A DNA stretch of 32,000 nucleotides from Erysipelotrichaceae bacterium MTC7 (lineage in GTDB: Bacteria; Bacillota_I; Bacilli_A; Erysipelotrichales; Erysipelotrichaceae): contig LVZN01000045.1 in NCBI GenBank assembly GCA_001695645.1, positions 30,001 through 62,000 on the forward strand, in the 5' to 3' direction. Below, piece after piece: positions 25,027 through 32,000 of this stretch; within the stretch, counting starts at the first letter, position 1; every line of letters begins with the position of its first letter. Under the pieces are notes generated by a model. The model had not been told where the DNA came from. It did no database searches and was given only the letters and a program-made list of their open reading frames with translations. Made by a program: the position numbers and the translations under genes.

Positions 25027-25782
25027 ATGAATAATAATCCAATTGGTGTCTTTGATTCTGGACTAGGTGGAATCAGTGTCTTAAATACATGTTTGGCATT
25101 GTTGCCAAATGAACATTATATCTACTTCGGGGATTCCTTACATGCTCCTTATGGAACAAAAGAAAACCAAGAAGTCATTGATCGTTGCATTGCAATATGT
25201 GATCGATTTATTGAAGCTAACGTAAAAGCCATCATTGTTGCTTGTAATACAGCAACCAGTGTTGCCATTCAAGTTTTACGCGAGCGCTACAGCATTCCCA
25301 TCATTGGAATGGAACCAGCTTTAAAGGTTGCTGCACACAACAAAGAAAATCAAAATATCATTGTGATGGCGACCCCATTAACGTTGAAGGAAAAGAAGTT
25401 TGCACGCTTAATGGAAAACTATGCAAATAGTAATCATATATTAAAACTTCCATGTCCAAACTTTGTGGAACTTGTTGAATCTGGTTTACATAATGCACAA
25501 CAACAAGTAAACAACCAAATTGACGTATACAAGGAGCAACTTGAAGGTCGTAACATTGATAGCATCGTACTTGGATGTACACACTTTCTTTTCATTAAAA
25601 ATGAGATTGCCAATTACTTTAACTATAATGTGCAATTGATTGATGGAAATGAAGGGACGGCTCGACAGTTACGTCATCTACTAGAAATCGAAAACAATCT
25701 TGGAAATCACAAACAAAAAGTGGAAATTCACAATTCGGATGAATCAAAACTTCCACTTAGTTATCAATTATTAGACGTATAA
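25027..25782 (+). CDS. murI: Glutamate racemase
   Basis: Motifs: IGVFDSGLGG, ACNTAT, LGCTHF. Preferred start is ATG 25027 (AAGGTGA 5 nt upstream). The ORF-track GTG 25018 is an alternative. TGGTATAAT at 25001-25009 may be its own promoter. Confidence 0.9.
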   Translation: MNNNPIGVFDSGLGGISVLNTCLALLPNEHYIYFGDSLHAPYGTKENQEVIDRCIAICDRFIEANVKAIIVACNTATSVAIQVLRERYSIPIIGMEPALKVAAHNKENQNIIVMATPLTLKEKKFARLMENYANSNHILKLPCPNFVELVESGLHNAQQQVNNQIDVYKEQLEGRNIDSIVLGCTHFLFIKNEIANYFNYNVQLIDGNEGTARQLRHLLEIENNLGNHKQKVEIHNSDESKLPLSYQLLDV

Positions 25783-25794
25783 ACGTCTTTTTTA
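25773..25794 (+). terminator. Intrinsic terminator after murI
   Basis: AGACGT-ATAA-ACGTCT followed by TTTTTT. It overlaps the murI stop. Confidence 0.6.
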
Positions 25795-26550
25795 TTTACG
25801 CATGATTTTTGTGACTACTTTATCCACAAGTGCATAGGGCATGCATTTTGTTAAGAAATGTCCTACTTTATTGTAAAGTCCAGGGATGATAATCACTTTG
25901 TTTTTTTGCAATCCACGATAGGCAATGGCAGCCACTTGACTAGCATCCATAACATATCCTGTAAACAAGTTTGTATCTTCGGCATCTGATTTTTTAGCAA
26001 ACAGTGTATGTGTAGCACCAGGACATAATGCACTAATTTTTACTTTCCGATGTTTGCACTCACTATGAATACCTTTGGTAAATGAAAGAATGTAGGCTTT
26101 AACAGCTCCGTACACGCTTGCTTTTGGTAAACCTACAAAGGCCGCCATGCTTGCAACATTAAGAATGTAGCCATATTGATACTTCACCATATCTGGTAAA
26201 TAATACTGTGTCATTACGGTAAGAAACAAATTTTGAAGTTGAATCATCTCCCTTTGTTTCACTGGATCACTTTCAACAAAATCTCCATATTCCATAAATC
26301 CTGCATTATTCACAAGTGCGTGAATTGGCTCTTTGATCTCATTTTTTAACAGCCTGGCAGCATTCACCTGACTTAAATCAAGAGCATAGGTTGTTACTTG
26401 AATTCCATAGGTTTGTTCTAACTCTTGTTTTTGGTTTTCAAGCTTCACCTTATTTCGTGAAACAAGAATTAAATCAAAACCATCCTTAGCGAATAATTTT
26501 GCTAATTCATATCCGATTCCACTTGTTGTTCCTGTGATTAATGCATTCAT
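25792..26550 (-). CDS. Short-chain dehydrogenase/reductase (SDR) family oxidoreductase
   Basis: 252 aa. Cofactor motif TGTTSGIGYE, NNAG, catalytic YGAVKAY. Its AAGGAG SD overlaps the stop of the upstream permease. Confidence 0.88.
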   Translation of the reverse strand: MNALITGTTSGIGYELAKLFAKDGFDLILVSRNKVKLENQKQELEQTYGIQVTTYALDLSQVNAARLLKNEIKEPIHALVNNAGFMEYGDFVESDPVKQREMIQLQNLFLTVMTQYYLPDMVKYQYGYILNVASMAAFVGLPKASVYGAVKAYILSFTKGIHSECKHRKVKISALCPGATHTLFAKKSDAEDTNLFTGYVMDASQVAAIAYRGLQKNKVIIIPGLYNKVGHFLTKCMPYALVDKVVTKIMRK

Positions 26551-26564
26551 ACAATTACGCTCCT

Positions 26565-27698
26565 TTACACAATATTTTTACGTTTTTGTTTTTGAATCAC
26601 AAATGCGATGATAAAAATAACGATTCCAAACCCGACAATGATTCCCATGTTTTGATAGATTGGCATCACTTGCTTTGCATCAAGTTTTGTCATTTCATAA
26701 ATCAAATCGTTGTTTTTTACAAAATAATAACTTGGCGTGAACTTTGCAACCATCAACACTCCATCACTTAAAAGAAACTGTGGTACAAAACTTCCACTCA
26801 CAAAAGCTAAAAATAAACTGATGACATTTTGCATTCCACCAATCACTTCGCGCTTCTTCACAAAAACACAAAGCAAATACCCTAATGCTAGCGATGGTAT
26901 GACAATACATGCCAAATTCAAAATATACAAATAAGAACCAATCGCTTGCATAGCATCATAAAATACAAGATATGCAAATAATGTTGAGCATCCCACAAAA
27001 ACTGCACCTAGTACAACCGTTGCAAGTGTGATTTGCAAGTTGTAACTTTTACTCGTAATTGGGGCAACCGTCATCCGACGTTTGATGTCTGTTTTATTCA
27101 ATTCAATCATCACAATTCCAATTGCAGCGATTAGTCCGCTAAAGAATGAATAATTTAAAAAGTTAAATAGAAAGTTAATTGGTTGCGTATCTTTTTGTTG
27201 GATACCCGTATATTGAATTTCTTCTTTCATAGCTTCATTGGTAGCCGCAATACAATCCTTTATACTGCCAGATCCATAGGTAGCTTGTGCATATAATGCA
27301 TCTGTATAACTTGTTACATAACTATCCACAACATATGCAGACACACTATCTGGTAATTGTTTCTTTTCAAGTTCAATAACTTGTTGACGATTCAAAGATG
27401 TTTCATATCCCTTTGGAACATAAAGTACATATTCCACTTCACGGTAGTACATCGCATCTTCAATGTCTTTTTCATCCATTTCTTTTATTTCAACTTTCCC
27501 TTTAACATATGTTGTTAAGGCAATGGATGCATCACTTTGGTCTTGATCAACAATGACCACTTTTGCCTTTGTTTCTGTGGATGATGACGCGCTACTTTGC
27601 ACAAACATAAAGGACATGGCAAAGGCAATCAAGAGTGTCGTAATTACGGACCATTTATTCTTATAAAGAATGCGGAAGAATAACTTAAAGACTTGCAT
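26565..27698 (-). CDS. ABC-2-type transporter permease
   Basis: 377 aa. An N-terminal TM, a ~150-aa extracytoplasmic loop, then 5 C-terminal TMs. Start overlaps the previous permease by 14 nt. Confidence 0.8.
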   Translation of the reverse strand: MQVFKLFFRILYKNKWSVITTLLIAFAMSFMFVQSSASSSTETKAKVVIVDQDQSDASIALTTYVKGKVEIKEMDEKDIEDAMYYREVEYVLYVPKGYETSLNRQQVIELEKKQLPDSVSAYVVDSYVTSYTDALYAQATYGSGSIKDCIAATNEAMKEEIQYTGIQQKDTQPINFLFNFLNYSFFSGLIAAIGIVMIELNKTDIKRRMTVAPITSKSYNLQITLATVVLGAVFVGCSTLFAYLVFYDAMQAIGSYLYILNLACIVIPSLALGYLLCVFVKKREVIGGMQNVISLFLAFVSGSFVPQFLLSDGVLMVAKFTPSYYFVKNNDLIYEMTKLDAKQVMPIYQNMGIIVGFGIVIFIIAFVIQKQKRKNIV

Positions 27699-28806
27699 AG
27701 GTTTTCCTCCTTAACACTTGATAGGAAATCAAAAGTAAAACAAGACCAATGACAACCATAATACCTGCATTGATCAACACGGGTTGCATATCACTATAGT
27801 AATACATCATATTAAATGAGTTTGTAATAAGTGATGCCGGATTGATGTATTTAATTAGTGGAGAAATTTGTTCCAACATATATGGCATCGTATTGACCAT
27901 CATTCCTGCTAAAAAACAGCTAAACAGCGATCCCATACTTAAGATGGTCATATTTGCATTTTCACGTAGCTTCGACACACTTCCCACAAAGATTCCCAAG
28001 GCTAAACTCATCAGCATACCAGCGATTGTTGTTATGATAACTAGTCCAAACCGACTACCAAAATCAACACCAAGAACGCCTATGAGAAATGCATATGTGA
28101 TACACAATTCGATACTCATTAAAATAAACATGGCTAGAAAATCAATAAAGACCACGTGTAGTTTATTGGTTGGTGCAACATTCACACGCACCGCCCGATC
28201 ACTTTGATTGGCTTGTGAGTCTTTCATGCTTTGCAGTCCATAAAATGAACCATATAAAATTGTCATTGCAATAACGGTATAGAAATACTGCATCACTGGA
28301 TTTTTACTTGCTCCAGCTGCTGTTTTTTCTAATAACTTTGTATGCTGCGTCGATATATCTTGAACCACTTGTTCACTTATTATTTGTGGATCTTGTTTTG
28401 CAAGTTGTGTAATTGTACTTTCCACTTGCATGTACGAATTTGCAATTTGTTTTAAGACACTTAAATTCATACCTTTGTTAATTGAACGCAGTTCGGGTTT
28501 GCTATCGCAAATATAGATGGCATAAACATCATTATCTTCCAACAATCGATTGGCTTCTTTTTCACTTGTTTCATGCAAAACTAAAATTTTATTTTCTTCA
28601 TCTGCCAATGTGTGTAGAACACGTTTAAAGTTTTTATTTCCTTTATCAACAACCGCCACTTCAATTGGATCTAGTTTTTCTGCTTCCATAAGTCCACCAA
28701 ATGCAAAATGAAATAATAAGGATAATGCAATTGGAAATAGTAGTGTCCAAAACAGAAAACTTTTGTTTCTCGTAAAGACAAGAAAGCGATACTTAAATAT
28801 ATGCAT
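27685..28806 (-). CDS. ABC-2-type transporter permease
   Basis: 373 aa with the same architecture as 26565..27698 (a paralogous pair). Start overlaps the ATPase stop. Confidence 0.8.
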   Translation of the reverse strand: MHIFKYRFLVFTRNKSFLFWTLLFPIALSLLFHFAFGGLMEAEKLDPIEVAVVDKGNKNFKRVLHTLADEENKILVLHETSEKEANRLLEDNDVYAIYICDSKPELRSINKGMNLSVLKQIANSYMQVESTITQLAKQDPQIISEQVVQDISTQHTKLLEKTAAGASKNPVMQYFYTVIAMTILYGSFYGLQSMKDSQANQSDRAVRVNVAPTNKLHVVFIDFLAMFILMSIELCITYAFLIGVLGVDFGSRFGLVIITTIAGMLMSLALGIFVGSVSKLRENANMTILSMGSLFSCFLAGMMVNTMPYMLEQISPLIKYINPASLITNSFNMMYYYSDMQPVLINAGIMVVIGLVLLLISYQVLRRKTYASL

Positions 28807-28807
28807 C

Positions 28808-29740
28808 TTAATCTCTCAATTCTGTTCCAGTAAGTTCAAGGAATACATCATTTAAGGTTGGACTTTCACTATGTACCTTAATGAATTCTACATGTTCTTG
28901 TTTAAAATAGTTTAGTATTTCAATCAATGTTCCATTGTTACTTTGTACTTCAAGTTCAAGTAAACCATGTGCATATTTCACTTTCTTTAAATCATCTCGT
29001 TCTTGTAGCACTTTTAATATTTCCTGGGAAATATCCGCTAATTCAAAGATGATTTTTTCGCGAATTGAAATACTTTCTTTCAAACTATCTTTTGTTCCTT
29101 GAGCGATAACTTTTCCTTTATCCATAATGACAATGCGATCACAGATTTGTTCAACTTCTTCCATGTAGTGTGTTGTGTAAATAATTGTCGCTCCTAATTT
29201 ATTCAATTCTTGAATATTTTCCAAGATTCGATTTCTAGATTGTGGATCGACAGCAACTGTTGGTTCATCAAGAATGATTAACTTTGGTTTGTGTGCGATT
29301 CCACATGCTATATTTAAACGACGCAGTAATCCCCCACTAAGTTCATTTGGATGCTTTTTTATGAAATCTTCAATCCCTACAAAGGCAATTGCTTCTTTCA
29401 CATATGCAGCACGTTGTTGTTTATCTTTGATATACAAGCCACAGAAATAGTCGATGTTTTGATACACCGTTAGCTCCTGAAATACCGCGACATTTTGCAT
29501 CACCAAACCAATGTCTTTTTTGATATCATACGCATCTGGTGACATCGCTTGATCAAATATTTGAATATTTCCTTTTTCATAGGTTAACAGTGACAACAAG
29601 CAATTGATCGTTGTTGTTTTACCACTACCATTTGGACCTAACAGTCCTAAGATTTCGCCTTGATGCACGTCGAGATCTAGTCCATCAATCGCTTTTAAAT
29701 CACCATAACTCTTCTCGAGTCCTTTTATTGATACAATCAT
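28808..29740 (-). CDS. ABC transporter ATP-binding protein (ABC-2/DrrA-like)
   Basis: 310 aa. Walker A GPNGSGKTT, signature LSGGLLRRL, Walker B LILDEPT, H-loop TTHYMEE. Confidence 0.92.
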   Translation of the reverse strand: MIVSIKGLEKSYGDLKAIDGLDLDVHQGEILGLLGPNGSGKTTTINCLLSLLTYEKGNIQIFDQAMSPDAYDIKKDIGLVMQNVAVFQELTVYQNIDYFCGLYIKDKQQRAAYVKEAIAFVGIEDFIKKHPNELSGGLLRRLNIACGIAHKPKLIILDEPTVAVDPQSRNRILENIQELNKLGATIIYTTHYMEEVEQICDRIVIMDKGKVIAQGTKDSLKESISIREKIIFELADISQEILKVLQERDDLKKVKYAHGLLELEVQSNNGTLIEILNYFKQEHVEFIKVHSESPTLNDVFLELTGTELRD

Positions 29741-29785
29741 AATTCCCTCTTTCTATAAACACTTAATAAATTGTATACCACAATC

Positions 29786-29812
29786 AAAAAAGCGACAAGT
29801 ATGCCTCATCGC
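29786..29812 (-). terminator. Hairpin plus U-tract between the PadR-linked membrane protein and the ABC genes (terminator or attenuator)
   Basis: Minus strand reads GCGATGAG-GCATA-CTTGTCGC followed by TTTTTTGATT. The stem is 8 bp including two G-U pairs. Confidence 0.5.
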
Positions 29813-29818
29813 TTCAAC

Positions 29819-30739
29819 TTAACTTTTTATAACATTGGCAATCGCAATAATTGACCAAGCAAATAAGTAAACAACCCACGCTGTAGACCATAAACCAAAA
29901 ATCATTCCTAAACTAACATAGATTGCAGTTGCCAAAATCCAAACAACAGGAGCAATTTTATCTGTAGCTTCTTCTTTGCGTTTTTCTTTTTGCAGTTCTT
30001 CATAATTTTCATTCAAGAGTGTACGATACATACTTCTGGTTTGACCTGCATGGGTACATAATACAACACCAACAATAATACATACAAAGAAACAAAGATT
30101 GGCAATTAGCTCATTACTGAAGTATTCAATTAACGGTTGTCCAGCAACTGCCAGTAGAAAAAAAGAAACACCAACGATAATTTCAATCATAAACATTTTC
30201 TTCGATTTACTATATGCTTGGATAATTTCTGATTTGCTTTGTGTATCCATTTCAATACGATCTTTCATATATGCATATCCATCCATACTCATACCTGCAT
30301 AAATAAAGAGACCTACAGCTATGGCAACCGGTAAAAAGAAACCGACTCCACTTAGGACATCAGAGGACATACCTACTGTTAATTCACTTGTTGCATACCC
30401 TAACATAATTCCAATGACAATAAACGTCAAACCTAAACAAATTAAGAACGTTCTTCGTTTGAATTTGTACATGTACGATGTGACTACATCCTTTGATACG
30501 TAACGTGCATCTTGTTGCATGTGTTCTTTATCAATGTTTAATTCTTTTAGTAGTTCATCCATATCACCAAATTGTTGCAATACTTCCTTTATAGCTTCAG
30601 TTTCCGACATACCTGCTTCACGGTGTGCTTGAAATGCATCTTCCATATGATCTTGCAGATTCATTTTCATCTCTGCGACTTCTTTTGTTTTTGGTAAATC
30701 TTTGAACATCTGTTCTAAATACGCTCTAATTGTTTCCAT
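29819..30739 (-). CDS. PadR-associated membrane protein (soluble helical N-domain of the DUF1700 / permease-prefix type plus ~6 TM)
   Basis: 306 aa. N-terminus METIRAYLEQMFKDLPKTKEVAEMKMNLQDHMEDAF…FGDMDELLKEL, typical of proteins encoded after PadR genes. AAGGAG SD. Overlaps the padR 3' end by 14 nt. Confidence 0.65.
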   Translation of the reverse strand: METIRAYLEQMFKDLPKTKEVAEMKMNLQDHMEDAFQAHREAGMSETEAIKEVLQQFGDMDELLKELNIDKEHMQQDARYVSKDVVTSYMYKFKRRTFLICLGLTFIVIGIMLGYATSELTVGMSSDVLSGVGFFLPVAIAVGLFIYAGMSMDGYAYMKDRIEMDTQSKSEIIQAYSKSKKMFMIEIIVGVSFFLLAVAGQPLIEYFSNELIANLCFFVCIIVGVVLCTHAGQTRSMYRTLLNENYEELQKEKRKEEATDKIAPVVWILATAIYVSLGMIFGLWSTAWVVYLFAWSIIAIANVIKS

Positions 30740-31067
30740 ATGTTTCTCCTTTTGTGAATTGGTTGATAACTTCTTTCGTTACTTTCCACTCTTCACATTT
30801 TTCTTTGTAATAATTAATTCCTGCATTGGTAATTTTGTAGTAGGTTCTTCGTTTACCAAACGTTTCATTTCCATAATAGGAAGTTATATATCCATTTTTT
30901 TCTAAACGTGTAAATGCAGAGTACAATGTTGTTTCTTTCATCTTATATTTACCTTGTGATAACTTTTCGATTTCTTTTGCGATTTCATATCCATAATTAT
31001 CTTTTTCCAGTAATACTGCCAGGATCATAGTATCGTTATATCCACGGCTTACATCACTACTAATCAT
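30726..31067 (-). CDS. PadR-family transcriptional regulator
   Basis: 113 aa. Winged-helix core ILAVLLEKDNYGYEIAKEIEKLSQGKYKMKETTLYSAFTRLEKNGYITSYYG…RRTYYKITNAG. AGGAGG 7 nt upstream. Confidence 0.9.
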   Translation of the reverse strand: MISSDVSRGYNDTMILAVLLEKDNYGYEIAKEIEKLSQGKYKMKETTLYSAFTRLEKNGYITSYYGNETFGKRRTYYKITNAGINYYKEKCEEWKVTKEVINQFTKGETYGNN

Positions 31068-31092
31068 TGTTTACCTCCTTTTACTCCATCTG

Positions 31093-31143
31093 ATGTACTT
31101 CATCTGACATAGTAATATTAACACACGTACTACGACAGGTAAA
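31093..31143 (-). promoter_or_regulatory. Candidate padR-operon promoter with overlapping operator-like repeats
   Basis: Minus strand reads TTTACC (31143-31138), 17 nt, TAATAT (31120-31115), then 4 nt later ATGTCAGATGAAGTACATCAGATGG. This is ATGT-N10-ACAT and also a direct repeat TCAGATG x2 with a 14-nt period. Confidence 0.45.
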
Positions 31144-31151
31144 GTAAAATA

Positions 31152-31179
31152 TAAAAAAAGGATAAAATAAATTTATCCC
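31152..31179 (-). terminator. Intrinsic terminator after the small membrane protein gene
   Basis: Minus strand reads GGATAAA-TTTAT-TTTATCC followed by TTTTTTTAT. It overlaps the stop codon at 31173. Confidence 0.65.
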
Positions 31180-31415
31180 CCTATGATTTGATAGATTGCA
31201 GCTCCTAGAAAACACAAGCCACCAATAACCCATATGATGACACCTTTCATGCCCAAGCCATTGTTTTCACGTTTCCGATAATACATAAAAGCAAAGTAGA
31301 AGAAATAGCCAGCTAACATGAAACTTCCAATATAGGCAGGTGCCTTCCAAATCGCAACACATGTGACAATTGCATAAAGCATAATAAAGCCATACTCTTT
31401 TATAAATTTTTTCAT
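31173..31415 (-). CDS. Hypothetical 80-aa integral membrane protein (3 predicted TM)
   Basis: Start moved to ATG 31415 (MKKFIKEYGFIMLYAIVTCVAIW…) after AAAGGAAG. Hydrophobic throughout. No family recognised. Confidence 0.55.
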   Translation of the reverse strand: MKKFIKEYGFIMLYAIVTCVAIWKAPAYIGSFMLAGYFFYFAFMYYRKRENNGLGMKGVIIWVIGGLCFLGAAIYQIIGG

Positions 31416-31444
31416 TTGGTACTTCCTTTTTGTATACTGTAACA

Positions 31445-31478
31445 CAAAAGAAAAGGAATGAATCACTATTCACTCCTT
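31445..31478 (-). terminator. Intrinsic terminator after gpmI
   Basis: Minus strand reads AGGAGTGAAT-AGTG-ATTCATTCCT followed by TTTCTTTTG, a 10-bp stem with one G-U pair. Confidence 0.65.
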
Positions 31479-31487
31479 GTTTCGTAT

Positions 31488-32000
31488 TTAGTCGATCATT
31501 GAAGGTTCCCAATCTTCTTTTGTTGGTAACCCTAGTAATTTAACAACTGTGTTAGCTACGTTAGCTAATCCAAAGTCACCTTCTTTTACTTTTACATCTG
31601 CATTGTAGAAGATAAATGGTACTTTGTTAAGTGTATGAGAAGTTTTTGCTTTTGTAGCAGCTCCTTCTTTTTTAGGTTTTTCATACATTTCATCTGCATT
31701 ACCGTGGTCAGCTGTAACAAGCATCACACCGTTTACAGAATCAATTGCATCTTGTAGACGTTTTAATTGTAAATCAACTGTTTCAACACCAATAATTGTT
31801 GCTTCGTAGTTTCCTGTGTGTCCAACCATGTCACCATTTGGATAGTTTACACGTAAGAAATCATATTTACCAGATTTGATTGCTTCAATCAATTCATCTG
31901 TAATTTCTGCAGCTTTCATCCATGGACGTTGTTCATAAGGGATAACATCACTAGGAATTTCTACGTATGTTTCTAATTCTTCGTCAAATTTACCTGCTCT
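31488..32000 (-). CDS. gpmI: 2,3-bisphosphoglycerate-independent phosphoglycerate mutase, C-terminal 170 aa (5' part beyond the window)
   Basis: The frame stays open from 31919 to 32000 (my translation RAGKFDEELETYVEIPSDVIPYEQRPWMKAAEITDE…). Motifs: NYPNGDMVGHTG, TADHGNADEM. Confidence 0.88.
   Translation of the reverse strand, partial: RAGKFDEELETYVEIPSDVIPYEQRPWMKAAEITDELIEAIKSGKYDFLRVNYPNGDMVGHTGNYEATIIGVETVDLQLKRLQDAIDSVNGVMLVTADHGNADEMYEKPKKEGAATKAKTSHTLNKVPFIFYNADVKVKEGDFGLANVANTVVKLLGLPTKEDWEPSMID

Noticed and set aside
31267-31512. 81-aa minus-strand ORF overlapping the small membrane protein gene and the gpmI stop
   Set aside because: It spans the gpmI terminator hairpin, has no SD, and is out of frame with the better-supported 31173-31415 gene.
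1-32000. Search for mobile elements, CRISPR arrays, tRNA/rRNA genes, or defence-system signatures (nucleases, helicases, reverse transcriptase, TIR/SIR2, toxin-antitoxin pairs)
   Set aside because: I saw no spaced direct-repeat arrays, transposase, integrase or phage-like ORFs, or compositional island. Every ORF of 60 aa or more is either assigned above or is an antisense shadow. I therefore do not claim a novel defence or mobile system in this window.

Overview
AT-rich, gene-dense bacterial chromosome segment. By gene content and signal style (strong GGAGG-type SDs, intrinsic terminators, M-box leader) it looks like Bacillota, possibly Erysipelotrichia-like, but that taxonomy is inference only. 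I support 34 protein-coding regions: 33 conventional genes plus one 29-codon leader ORF. 27 are on the minus strand and two are cut by the window edges. The main blocks follow. (1) pstS-pstC-pstA-pstB-phoU, followed by an OmpR-type response regulator and a histidine kinase. (2) A second RR/HK pair plus a GNAT. (3) A TetR-controlled three-gene cassette with two tiny proteins. (4) mgtA behind a ~400-nt leader holding an M-box riboswitch, an intrinsic terminator and the short leader ORF. (5) GNAT plus a SEDS protein, and SseB. (6) The housekeeping run tmk-holB-yaaT-rsmI. (7) A PHP phosphatase, manA, ldh, a Cof-type HAD and murI. (8) A PadR / membrane protein / ABC ATPase / two ABC-2 permeases / SDR module. 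(9) A small membrane protein and the 3' part of gpmI. I saw no rRNA, tRNA, CRISPR array, transposase, integrase or phage genes, and nothing resembling a known defence system. The most unusual items are regulatory. They are the composite mgtA leader, phased 11-bp repeats in the pstS/DUF2974 divergent control region, and a textbook TetR operator/promoter in front of two uncharacterised mini-proteins. There are also two DUF2974-type hydrolase paralogs in suggestive contexts. All homology calls come from motifs read by eye. No database search, folding or statistics were run.
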